In this document: one piece after another, positions 51,564-64,000 of the stretch
How positions within the stretch are numbered: the stretch's first letter is position 1
Layout of the letters: every line of letters begins with the position of its first letter
Source: Eledone cirrhosa
Lineage: Eukaryota
NCBI GenBank assembly: GCA_964016885.1
Contig: OZ024764.1
Span: forward strand, 19,282,001 to 19,346,000
DNA length: 64,000 nucleotides
Reading direction: 5' to 3'
The notes under the pieces: generated by a model
The model's database searches: none
Seen by the model: only the letters and a program-made list of their open reading frames with translations
What the model was told of the DNA's origin: nothing
Translations under genes and position numbers: made by a program

Positions 51564-52618
51564 AATATATATATATATTTGTGTTTGTGTGTGTGTGTGT
51601 ATATGTATATTATGTATCTTCTGATTACTGAAGCTGGTGTATTAGATTTCACTGTCAACACTGTAAAGAGGTTGTGTAGGTGTCATGACAAAAAGTACCC
51701 AGTCCACCCTGTAAAGTGGTCATGTAGGTGTCACGATAAAAAGTACCTAGTACTCACTGTAAAGTGGTCATGTAGGTGTCACAACAAAAATACCCAGTAC
51801 ACACTGTAAAGTGGTCATGTAGGTGTCACGACAAAAAGTACCCAATCCACACTGTAAAGTGGTCACATTGGTGTCATGGCAAAAAGTACCCAGTCCACCC
51901 TGTAAAGTGGTACTGTAGGTGTCACGATAAAAAGTACCCAGTACTCACTGTAAAGTGGTCATGTAGGTGTCATGACAAAAAGTAAAAAAGTACCCAGCCC
52001 ACAGTGAAGTGGTCGAGTTGGTGAGATAGTAAAAAGCACCCAGTACTAAATGTAAATAAGGTTGGTGCTAGGAAGGGCATCCAGCTGTAGAAACCAAACC
52101 ATAATTGGTTTTGTAGGAGCAACACGTGGTCACCTGACCTGGCATTGCTTACAACAGGATAACTCGTCTAACCCATGCCAGCATGGAAAAACTGATGTAA
52201 AACAGTGATGATGATATAACATTTGTTTAATAATGAACCCAATCTCATTGTTAACAGCTATAGATGTCAGGATGTGAACCTTTTTACTGAAATATCTTCT
52301 CCATGTTAGTGGCTGAAGAAGATTTAGAAAACTTTCACACAATAACCGTATTCCCTAACTTCTCCCCTAAAAAATACAAGACAAGCAGGGCCAGACTTTT
52401 GCCTACTGAAGCCCTAAGCTATATGAAGTTAGAGGTTCTTCTCTAAAAATATATAATTATCTTTTATATTAATGTTAATGATAAAGAATAAATAATATAA
52501 TAAATATACCACCATAGGTGCTGAGGTGGCTAGCTGCTGGTGTGAACCTCACAAGATGGAATGGCTCTTCCAGCACATCTAGAACATGACCCTCTAATAT
52601 CTAGTATTTAGTAACAAA

Positions 52619-52713
52619 CTAGTCCACCCAGGACCTGTTGGGTCACGTTGCCTTAAAATTATCTTTTAAGTCATTTAAAAATAATTTTTAAATAGTTAAA
52701 ATATACACATACC

Positions 52714-52749
<36 letters not shown>

Positions 52750-52966
52750 ATTAAACAACACCACCAGCTCCCACTCTCTCACCACCACTGTCTCGCTCTC
52801 TCCCTATATTTATGAAGGTACCAGAAAACCCCGTATCTTGGGAACCTGTGCTCCAATTTATACAAATCTTGTTTTATTCCTTTCAAAGTATTTCCCCATT
52901 ATGCACTGTTTTAGCTGTATTAAATTACAGACAAGACACAATCACAGAGTTTTAGTAGTATATAGA
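52619..52966 (-). mobile_element. Non-autonomous Helitron (copies 35407-36076; 3'-deleted 4497-4805 and 19536-19844)
   Basis: Minus strand A|TCTATATACTACTAAAACTCTG... GTGACCCAACAGGTC hairpin ...CTAG|T; inserted in an AT dinucleotide, no TSD. Confidence 0.75.
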
Positions 52967-54648
52967 TAACATAGCTTCAAATTAAAGTTAGTAAACGACA
53001 GTTTGGAGAAATCTGCAACATTTATTAAACATTCCCCAAGTTTGTCAATTCTATAGCACAATAGTTTGTTAGTTAAAGTGTTTAGTTAGATGTTCTACAT
53101 ATAAAGAAGAGAGAATATTTTACCACAAATATTACAGTGGTATAATGATTTTCCCATCTCTACTGGAAAATATTCCTACGTTGATGTAAATATTTCTATT
53201 GTTCATAATTTTATCAAATGTGATCTTTGTCAATATCCAAATATTTTGAAAACTCCTTTGTAAATATCCAAAGTTTAATCAGAATGTAAAATCATCTTGT
53301 AAATATTCCAGACAGTGAAAAAGGAATATGTTGTTATTTATCTCAATTCAGAAGAAATATTTCACCATAATTCACCACAGACTAAACAAGTTTATATCAC
53401 TTGTATGTAACATCTTTCTGTTGTCTTTAAAAGACTCTTTTCTGTCAAGGTCATGTGATATTCTGAAATAGTAGAGAAACATTATTAAGATATTTAGAAA
53501 GTAGAGATACAACAGTGAAAACTTTACTACATCTCTATATTAATAGATATAAACCTTACATGGTGACACAAACACTGCAACACTAACTTACAGGAAACCA
53601 TCTAGTTACTTGATCTAGTTACTTCAATCAGGTGAAGAGATAAACTAGATTGACTTCATTCTCATCAGAAAACAGGATAGACAGATGGTTGGGAATATTA
53701 ACTCCTTTACTGGAGAAGGACGTACCACTCAACATAGACTAGATACTAGGTGTAAGATCTAGAGGGACTGACAGATACAAGACTATCTGGAGATAGAAGG
53801 GTTGGAGAGTAAAAGATCTCCCTGTTAAATATAAGATCTACAGGGACTGTGAGAGTGGTACAAGACAACCTAGGGAAAAGGGTAGGGATAGTAAAAGATC
53901 TCCCTGTTAAATATAAGATCTAGAGGGACTGTGAGAGTGGTACAAGACAACCTAGAGAAAAGAGTAGGGACAGTAAAATATCTCCCTGCTAAATATAAAT
54001 TCGGAGATGTTCTACATGATACATATAATAAGGAGGAGATTGATAGCTATGACATAGAAGATATCTGGAAGTTTCTTTCAGACAGCCTGTTGTGAACCAC
54101 TGATGAGATCTGTAGTTGATGTAAGCTGCCAGCTAGATGAATGTTGCCTTGGTGATGGAATAATACAGTAGATAGAAGTTGAAAACTAAAAGACCTGAAG
54201 AGACAGGAGGGGAACAACAATATCAAATAGTTAAAATGGAAGCTAGATATTAGGCTTACAAGTTATTGATTTCTGTTGTTATTGTTAAAATCTGTTTAAT
54301 CTGTGATATTTGAGACAATGTACAGGACAATAGAATTAATATCAATGTCAGACTAGCAACAACAACAGTTTTCATTTTATTGGCAGGTTTAAATTACAGA
54401 AGTGCCCAAACCTTTACTAAAAATACAAATATATATCTTACCTGTTAAAGTATAATAAATCAAAGTTTAATGTGAAAAACTTCAATTTACACAAAATCTT
54501 CAAACACTGCTACAAAAATGGAAACCTGGTGTTTATGATTCCTGTCCTAGGTAAAACCTACAAGGTTAACCCCAGTTTTAGCAAGGATGATGGATCTACA
54601 CAATTGTTGTTGTTGTAGTATGATGTAATGAGTTTGATATTGATACAG

Positions 54649-55006
<358 letters not shown>

Positions 55007-55100
55007 CTACAAGGTTAACCGCAGTTTAAGCCAGGATGATGGACCTACACAATTGTTGTTGTAGTATGATGTAATGAGTTTGATATTAATACAGCTAAAC

Positions 55101-56543
55101 TTATGTATGAATACGCACATGCTTGGTTAAGATACCACTTCGAGAGAATAATTTACCACAGATGTCACAGTGATAAGGCTTCTCTCCTGTATGAATACGT
55201 TTGTGAGTAGTTAGGTGATGACTACAAGTGAATGATTTACCACAGATATCACAGTGATATGGTCTCTCTCCTGTATGAATACGTTTGTGGATAGTTAATT
55301 GATCACTTCGAGAGACCGATTTATCACAGATATCACAGTGATATGGTCTCTCTCCTGTATGAGTACGTTTGTGAGTAGTTAGGTGACTACTATAAGAGAA
55401 TGATTTACCACAGATATCACAGTGATATGGTCTCTCTCCTGTATGAATACGTTTGTGGATAGTTAATTGATCACTTCGAGAGAAGGATTTACCACAGATA
55501 TCACAGTGATATGGTTTCTCTCCTGTATGAGTACGTTTGTGAGTAGTTAGGTGACTACTATAAGAGAATGATTTACCACAGATATCACAGTGATATGGTT
55601 TCTTCCCTGTATGAATATGTTGGTGTTTAGTTAAGGTAGTACTATGAAAGAATGATTTATCACAGATATCACAGTGATATAGCTTCTCTCCTGAATGTCT
55701 TTCTTTGTGTCTTGTTAACTTTGTATTTTTAGAGAATGATTTACCACAGACATCACAATAATATGGTGTTTCTCTTGCAGGAATATGTTTGTAAATTGTT
55801 AAGGTACTCACATGAGAGAAATATTTACCACAAATATCATTGTGATATGGTTTCTCTTCTGTGTGACTTAGTTTGTCTCTAACAAAGTTATTACTTTCAG
55901 AAAATGGTTTACCCAAGATATAGTTACATGGCTTCTCTCCTGTGTGACTACGTTTGTGTCTAGTCAATTTATTACTTTTAGAAAATGATTTACCACAGAT
56001 ATCACAGTCATATGGCTTCTCTTCTGTGTGACTTAGTTTATGTCTAGTTAATTTAGTATTGTTAGAGAACGATTTACCACAGATATCAAAGTCATATGGC
56101 TTCTCTTCTGTGTGACTTAGTTTATGTCTGGTTAATTTAGTATTTTTAGAGAATGATTTACCACAGATATCACAGTCATATGGCTTCTCTTCTGTATGAC
56201 TTAGTTTATGTCTAGTTAATTTAGTATTGTTAGAGAATGATTTACCACAGATATCACAGTCATATGGCTTCTCTTCTGTATGACTTAGTTTATGTCTAGT
56301 TAATTTAGTATTGTTAGAGAATGATTTACCACAGATATCACAGTCATATGGCTTCTCTTCTGTATGACTTAGTTTATGTCTGGTTAATTTAGTATTTTTA
56401 GAGAATGATTTACCACAGATATCACAGTCATATGGCTTCTCTTCTGTATGACTTAGTTTATGTCTGGTTAATTTAGTATTGTTAGAGAATGATTTACCAC
56501 AGATATCACAGTGGAATGGTGATTTTACTATATTTTTCGACAT
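55101..56543 (-). CDS. C2H2 zinc-finger protein, 480 aa, 17 finger units (3 degenerate), N-terminal run of near-identical fingers (gene 4)
   Basis: Same leader; GAA->TAA ends the protein 2 codons earlier than the paralogues. Confidence 0.9.
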   Translation of the reverse strand: MSKNIVKSPFHCDICGKSFSNNTKLTRHKLSHTEEKPYDCDICGKSFSKNTKLTRHKLSHTEEKPYDCDICGKSFSNNTKLTRHKLSHTEEKPYDCDICGKSFSNNTKLTRHKLSHTEEKPYDCDICGKSFSKNTKLTRHKLSHTEEKPYDFDICGKSFSNNTKLTRHKLSHTEEKPYDCDICGKSFSKSNKLTRHKRSHTGEKPCNYILGKPFSESNNFVRDKLSHTEEKPYHNDICGKYFSHVSTLTIYKHIPARETPYYCDVCGKSFSKNTKLTRHKERHSGEKLYHCDICDKSFFHSTTLTKHQHIHTGKKPYHCDICGKSFSYSSHLTTHKRTHTGEKPYHCDICGKSFSRSDQLTIHKRIHTGERPYHCDICGKSFSYSSHLTTHKRTHTGERPYHCDICDKSVSRSDQLTIHKRIHTGERPYHCDICGKSFTCSHHLTTHKRIHTGEKPYHCDICGKLFSRSGILTKHVRIHT

Positions 56544-57504
56544 AACTCCTACTAAAAGATATCAATGACCTCAGTTTCTCACATAATTCACAGTTTTAAT
56601 ATTTTTCTTCTGTCAATATATGGATATTTTTCTTCTTTATGTTTATAATATTATTCCTAAAACATATTCCTCCAGATTTATTTCTATCAACTTTGGTCTT
56701 TCATTATATTTAAAGATGATACAAACTGTTTTGTAGATATCTTCAAGTTTAATATACATATAAAATCATCTTGTACATATTCCAGACAGTGAAGAATCTA
56801 ATTTTTCTGGTCTTCATTTGATTAGTTATTCCTGTAATAATGGAAATATTTCTACTCCTGTAGTTCCATCAACTATCATCTTTGTCAATATATGAAGATC
56901 TTACAAAATCATGTGAAAATTTCTTCAGCTTTATTTTGTATCATCTACATATTCCAGACAGCGAAGAATAGAAGTGTTATTGAGTTTACAAGAAATATTT
57001 CACAGTATTTCTCCCCTAGATTTATATAAACAAGGTTATATCTGTTCTGTAAAACAGCTCCCTTTAGTCTTTAAATAATGGTGTTGATGAAACAACTGAT
57101 ATAAAAGTGTTTTATCCTTTTCATACCAGTCTTTATATTTATCTAAAAACTTTCCATCATAAGTTCATGAAATTGTGCAAAGTTATGTTCCAAATAGCAG
57201 CTTAATACTGAGAAATTTAGTTATATTACTAAATCACTTCAAAGTGTTGAGTGTTTTCAAAATTATTTGAAAATGATGGGTAGTGTCTTTCATTAGAAAT
57301 GGTTAATGTTGAGGATATGTCTGATGTAACGTGCTCTTTAATGCCAATGTCCTCTGGTATTCTGAAATAATAAAAGAAAATTATAAGATACTCAGAAGCT
57401 TGTAATACATCAGTACAAATTTCATATAATATTTCTATATTGGTAAATGGACTGTAATAAATACTAAGGCCTTCTTTGGTGAAGAATGTGCTGCCTAACA
57501 TAGG

Positions 57505-58306
57505 TTAGTTATTAGTGGCAGTAGATTATACTGACTGATAAAAGTAGTTATTAGTGACATTAGATTAAACTGACTGATAAAAGTAGTTATTAGTGGCAGT
57601 AGATTAAACTGACTGATAAAAGTAGTTATTAGTGACATTAGATTAAACTGACTGATAAAAGTAGTTATTAGTGACATTAGATTAAACTGACAGATAAAAG
57701 TAGTTATTAGTGACATTAGATTAAACTGACTGATAAAAGTAGTTATTAGTGACATTAGATTAAACTGACTGATAAAAGTAGTTATTAGTGACATTAGATT
57801 AAACTGACTGATAAAAGTAGTTATTAGTGACATTAGATTATACTGACTGATAAAAGTAGTTATTAGTGACATTAGATTAAACTGACTGATAAAAGTAGTT
57901 ATTAGTGACTTTAGATTATACTGACTGATAAAAGTAGTTATTAGTGACATTAGATTATACTGACTGATAAAAGTAGTTATTAGTGACATTAGATCATACT
58001 AACTGATAAAAGTAGTTATTAGTGACATTAGATTATACTGACTGATAAAAGTAGTTATTAGTGACATTAGATTAAACTGACTGATAAAAGTAGTTATTAG
58101 TGACATTAGATTATACTGACTGATAAAAGTAGTTAATAGTGACATTAGATTAAACTGACTGATAAAAGTTATTAGTGGCATTAGATTATACTGACTGATA
58201 AAAGTAGTTATTAGTGACATTAGATTATACTAACTGATAAAAGTAGTTATTAGTGACTTTAGATTATACTGACTGATAAAAGTAGTTATTAGTGATATCA
58301 GATTAA
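57505..58306. repeat. 39-bp minisatellite, ~20 units
   Basis: Same unit as 40645-41987. Confidence 0.95.
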
Positions 58307-59695
58307 CCCTTTAGTATTCACATTACTCTATATTTACTATTATATTTTCACAGTAAATGCTTTATCTCACATAATATCAAATCTATGAGATTTTCATGTT
58401 ATTTATTTTGAGAACAATACCTTAACATAAGTATAAGTGACCAGTTACGGCCAGTTGAACAGAAAGACATGAGACAATTCTGGCCAGATATGGCCGTTTA
58501 TATACTAAAGGGTTAAAGAAATTAGGTGTAGAAGAATGGCTTGTGAGAAGCTGTCAGTAAAGTGTGTCTAGTGAGGAATTGAAGGTACAGGTAGGAGTTC
58601 ATCATGGTTTAGTTCTTAGCCCACTGTTGTTCATCATAGTTCTCCAAGCCATAACAGAGAGGTTTAAGACTGGCTGTCTATGGAAACTTCTCTATGTAGA
58701 TGACCAGCTATAGATATAGAATTTTAAATGGTAAGTTCTGAGAATATACTTAGCCAAAACTAAAGTGCTAATGGATAGGAGAGAAGACCTTCAGGAAAGT
58801 GGCCCTGCTCCATATGTAGAAAAGGAATAAGTAGAGATAACCACAATGACAGAGACCTAGTTATAATAGCAGGGGACTTCAATGGTCATGTTGGACAGCT
58901 CCAGGATGGATACACTGGGGTACATGGTGGTTATGGTTATGGCTCAAGAAACGATGAAGGAGTGAGGCTTCTTGTATTTTGTGATGCAAGTGAACTAACC
59001 ATTTGCAACACTTCAAGAAACCTACCAACCACCTAATAACCTACCAATCAGGTGAACACATGAGACAGATTGACTTCTTGCTAGTTAGGCAGTAAGAGAG
59101 ATAGATGGTGTCAAATACTAAGGCATACCCCAGGGAACAAAGTAGCAGGAAACGACTAGATTTGTAGATAAAGAAGTGGGAGACAGGATTATCGGAGTTT
59201 AGAAGAGCTACACACTTCTCCAGTTGGCTGGGAAATAATTATCTTTCCTTAATTTTATTGCTCGACCTCTTAGATGTTTGCAATCGACTTTTCTTCCTGA
59301 AAACGGAAACCCTAATCCTAATACTGGGAAATAAAACGTCTATTGCAAGTATCTAAGGGGTCCAGAGAAAAAATACTGGAAAAGGGGTATAGCAAGAATT
59401 CTAAGAAAAATAATTATTCCCACCCAACGTGAGGTGTGAGTAGATCTGTGAAACTACATCTCTTTGTATACTTTCACCCTACTTTTTCTACAAATCTAGT
59501 CGTTTCCGTGAGGGTACCTGGTTATTTCAGCACCGTAGCCTCACCTTACTGAGGTGTCAGGTGATACCCGTGAGGGTACCTGGTTATTTCAGCACCTTAG
59601 CCTCACCATCACCCGTTGTAATGCTGCCAGTGTGTTGGCTTGCCTCAAAGTGTGTAGTTAACCCCTAGGGTGTGAGGTGTGGCCTATTATCACAC

Positions 59696-62600
59696 TATAA
59701 ATTCAATTTATTCACGTTTATAATAACATATATAATGACACAATGCTTAGAGGAAAGTCATAGAATCACTTATATCAACACAAGTGGATAAGTTCCTTCA
59801 GAATGAAAATATAAACAGAGCATATAAATAAATTTACAGTAGAATAACATAACAAATATGTTTTAAATATATAAATAACATTGCAAATGCCTCGGTAACA
59901 CTATAAAGGATGATACAATGAAAGATAAATTCCTTCAATGTTGCAATATTAAAGAAAATGTAAAGGAAGGGGTGGACAACGGAGCCAACACCAGAACAAA
60001 AGACAGCAACGAGGGGTACTGGGAAAACGCTCTAATGAGTTTTGAGGCAAGCCAGCACACTGGCAGTGTTACATCGGGTGATGGCGAGGCTGAGGTGCTG
60101 GAACAGCCAAACGCCCTCGCGATTTCGACAGTTACCTCTATAAGGCGAGCCGCCAGTGAGGAAAGGAACCTCGCAGTCAGTGGCCCGACTCCCCCAAACG
60201 TCTCGAAAGCCACAGGCTGAAAAATGTAGCTGGCCGACAGATCAGAGTATTTGAGGGTCTTACTCCGCTCGGCTGCCGAAGCTGTGGCTCTCGTCCTTAC
60301 CGCAGCATCAAGGATGTGGGAAAGAGCAAAGGAGTGACTAACAGTGACGTCCCAGATTAAGCACCTGCCTCTCGACCAGGGGCACAGGGTAAGGCCGTCA
60401 GGTCTTTTGCCGTCACTTCTGGACAACCCAGATGGTTCCAAGACTGAGGGGATGTTTGCCCGGGCCAAAGCTCCCTTCAGAATAAAGTTTAGCTCCGTGT
60501 GACGGGTGAAGTGGTCGGCAAGAAAGACCGTGGAGGCCTGTGGAGTGGAGGAGTTAGCCACATCTCAAACACATGCAGACGTCAGCTCCCACTCTGAGGG
60601 TGATGGAGACACGAAGTTCATCCAGGCTGAGTAGGCCTCCAACGTTGGCCACGGGTAAGGCATCGACCCAGTCACCGGACTATTTGGCGCTGGCAGATGG
60701 TAAGCGGCACCTTGTAAACTGATCTGAGAGGATGAAGAGGGAGTCGAAGGTGGCATTCCAACGTATCCTGTCCCAAGTTCTCTGACTTCGACTGTCCTCC
60801 ACCTTCTCAGGAAGAGACAAGCCCAACTCACTCCATTGCTGGAGAGCTTCACACAACTCCCTGTTGGAACTAGTCCATGTTGGAGAGGAGAGGATGCTGC
60901 AAGCTTGGGTGGAGGAAAGGAAGCAGGGGAGAGAGAGGGACGAACACTTACTAACATTGACCAGACACTCGAGTCTCTCGAAGATTAGGTCGTCGAAGCG
61001 TTGGAGGCAGGATGGAAATCTGTGAGAGGGGCTGACTCTGAGCAGATACAGAAGCTTAGGAATAGACAGGTAGTTCCTGAGTAAGAAGAAACCTTGATGG
61101 GGTTCGATATCTTCAATATTCCTCAGCAGCTGCTCAAGGCCAACCATCTTCGATTGGATGGTTGACTCGAAGGCCAGGTCTGTGATTGGGGCTCCTAAGG
61201 AGCACCAAGCCGACGGGGGAGGGACCGTGATGGAAGGGAAGGACTCTGCGAACAGGTCGATCAGCTGTTGGTGTTAAGAAGCCGTGTGGTTGAGGATCCA
61301 GAGCTCACATTTGGAACTATTGATCTGGAGACCCCGGCGCCAAGCTCCTCCACCATCCTGTTGGCAGTGGCGAGAACCATATCCGGAGTTCCCCCCACCA
61401 GGCGTCGTCGAGCTACCAGACATTGAGGTCCAACTCAGCCCCCATCTTGGTGACGTCATCAATGTCCAGTGCGGGGGGGGGGGTCCCGAGTGGGTCACCC
61501 TGTTGAACTCCTGAGGCAGAGGTGATGATCTGGTCACTGAAAGAGAGGTAGGAGGGCTCCCGATAAGCCTGCCAAGCAAAGTGGTAGAGTTGTGGGACCC
61601 TCTCTCTTACTGAGCCGAGGACGATGTTACGGCTGACGGAGTTGAAGGCATTCCTGAGGTCAAGTTTGAGGATGACCTTGGGGGATGAGGAGGGCAAGTT
61701 GGCAAATGCTCTGGCAGCGTGGACAGCAGCCACACATCCCAACCTGGTACCCACCCACAGCTGGATGGGGGAAAATTCCTCCGCCAGTGGGTTGGAGACC
61801 AACAGCAATCACGCCTTTGCAGTGAGGCGGCGAGGTGTGCAGCCAACCGCAATGCGGCGCAGGTCCCCGTTGGGCTTGGTGAGACCAAATAGCTTCGCAC
61901 CGAAGAACAGTGGGCGGATGAACGGGAGAACGTTCACTGATTCACAAACTGAGTCAGACTCTCCAAGAGCTCGAGTCCGGCATCACCGGCCGATAAGGAG
62001 ATACCATCCTTGAGATGTTGAGGATGAAGGACGTCAATTCCCGCGCCTGACCCAGCGGGGAAGGATGAAATCGCCTTTCTGATGATATTGGTGGTGTAAA
62101 CCGGTCTCAAGTATTCTGGTGGTTCGGGCCAGTGTTGCTGATCATCTGGGGGTGCTTCTCTTTCAGACGCTCACGAGAGTCAGAGTTGCATGGAGCAAGG
62201 GAGGACAGCCTCTTTAATGTCAAATTCGGTGAGTTTGGCATTGACGGCTCGCTTGAGGTCTACCGGTTGTCTGTTGGTGGACACCGACCTCGGAGACGAA
62301 CTGAGATGAGACGTGGTTGGGGTGGACTCAAACAGCTGGAACTGCCGCTTGAGAGAGGACTTGAGGGAACCCGAGTTCGCATTGTGCACGTGAAGAGAGA
62401 TGAGGGGAAACAAAAACAATTTCTGCCAGTCTATTGTTGGACGAGCAAACGTTTTTCAGTAAATTAGAGAGGGCACCTGCAAAGCTGTTCCGAGCTCCCT
62501 TAAGGGTCCGGTTAACGAGCTTTGATTTGGAGAAGCCCTGGGGGGGGCTGTGGCAAAGTCGTCGGTAGAGTGTTGGTCATCCCCACGGAATAGTCGGAGC

Positions 62601-63520
62601 TGAAGTGGCACCGATGACAGGTCCAATGTTGAAGCCTTTCGGCTTGAGCTTTGGTGATGCCGACACAGCTTCTGTGGTAGCTTGCGTGGCATAGGTGACA
62701 TTTAATTGTCTTTAAGTACTGGTTAGTGCGGGCACAGAGGGCGCAATCAGGTGGCGGGCTGGCAACAGCCGGCAGTAGAGGGCCAGCGTTGGAATTCGGT
62801 GAAGGGAGTGAGTCAGTAAAGGAGACAGCAGTGGTTCTAACGGTGGGACTAAAGCGGAGGTTGGGTGGTGAGCTAACAGTTGTAGGGGTGGTGTGGTTGG
62901 CCGGGTTGGATTCGTTCGGAATCTGCCGTGAAGGAGAGGAGGGATAGGTGGGGGCAAGTTAGCTCCTCTCGTGCGTGCTGCAGTTGGTGGAGAATGAGAG
63001 GTCGGAGGCTGACCGTTTGTCACATTAGTCGTTCCACCAAGCAGGTCTCTTGGTCGTTCAACGCATGCCACCGCCACCTAGAGTGGACTAGGTTAAAGTG
63101 GTGGCAACTTTAGCAATCGGCAATCGCCGGTGATAGTTCGGTCGAAACATCGGGCCACCGGCGGGTTGAACGAATACCTAGGTGGGCTGTGCGCGAGGAG
63201 GAAGTAAGGGTTGAGCAAGGGGAGGGATGGAAGGTGTTGAAGGAGAGAGAAGATGATGAGTGCGTGGAGAGGAGTGTGGTCATGTGAGAGGCAGGTAAAT
63301 ACAGTGGGAGAGAAAGAGCACTGAACATGGAAAGAGAAGGAAAATAAAAACGCTAGAAATACAAAATCTAAGGCTGTGAGTTTGTGTAATAGTTCGCATG
63401 GGTAAATCCGCAGTAAAAACCGAAATTGTGAGTTTGTGTAAAAAAGAAAAAAAAAAAAAAACATGGGCAAGACTTAAGTAAAATCAAAACCTGAATGATA
63501 GTGATACAAGATGTTTACAA
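59696..63520 (-). mobile_element. CRE-clade non-LTR retrotransposon, paralogous copy (retains ~240 bp missing from the 43 kb copy)
   Basis: Same motifs, same flanks and apparently shared frameshifts as 43377-46960. Confidence 0.85.
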
Positions 63521-64000
63521 TTACGGAGTGATTATATTACTGGACCTGAATTCTATCAAGTGGTCAAAGCTTCTAATTCTGTGAAATAGAATGGAAGTAT
63601 GGATTGACCTTTCAGTCACACCTGACTATAAATAGATTCAGGTTATTTCAAGAGGGAGATGGGATGGTTCCTCGCCATTTATAATTATTTATATTTTATA
63701 TTTGGGGGGTTTGATTTTGAAAAATTGTAAGTGTATATTAAGGAGGAAAGTATAATTGTGTGATACAATTGCTCCAGGTTGGTTCCCTACGTTGTTGCCA
63801 CAAACAATTCTTTTTTCCTCCGAACATCTGTTATTCCTCTCCGTAGATTATAAATGGTAAAATCCGTTCGATCCAACCGAATGGAAAATCCAGTTCCTTG
63901 AAGAATATTTTGAGTTGTCTCGGACAAAGCAAAAAAAGGGGAAAGTTGAAAATCTTTACCTCGTTTCGTGGTGAATTGCCATCTCCCACTGTATTTTTCT

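Overview
Eukaryotic, AT-rich, repeat-dense DNA. A coleoid cephalopod such as Octopus is inferred from effector-less C2H2 arrays, RTE LINEs with (GAT)n tails and tRNA-derived SINEs. The window is a head-to-tail tandem array of ~15-19 kb units, each carrying one minus-strand C2H2 zinc-finger gene with a single coding exon (13, 13, 14 and 17 fingers; no KRAB/SCAN/BTB/ZAD). The array continues past both edges. Segment ~2.6-17.7 kb is duplicated almost perfectly at ~17.6-32.8 kb, with the junction inside a hAT transposon fossil. Each gene has a predicted non-coding first exon/promoter (NRF1-, ETS-, E-box-like motifs; off-window for gene 4), a long TE-filled intron 1 and a 3'-UTR intron. Its terminal exon appears to be an old paralogue of its own 5' exon region. 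TE content: hAT (TIRs + 8-bp TSD), Tigger/pogo, RTE LINE pieces, non-autonomous Helitrons, SINEs, several minisatellites and CRE-clade (RLE-type) non-LTR retrotransposons. Most striking: the long CRE copies encode an N-terminal PHD finger, and several independent CRE 3'-end fragments, two amplified into minisatellites, cluster around the ZNF promoter. All calls come from reading the sequence by eye; no database searches were run.
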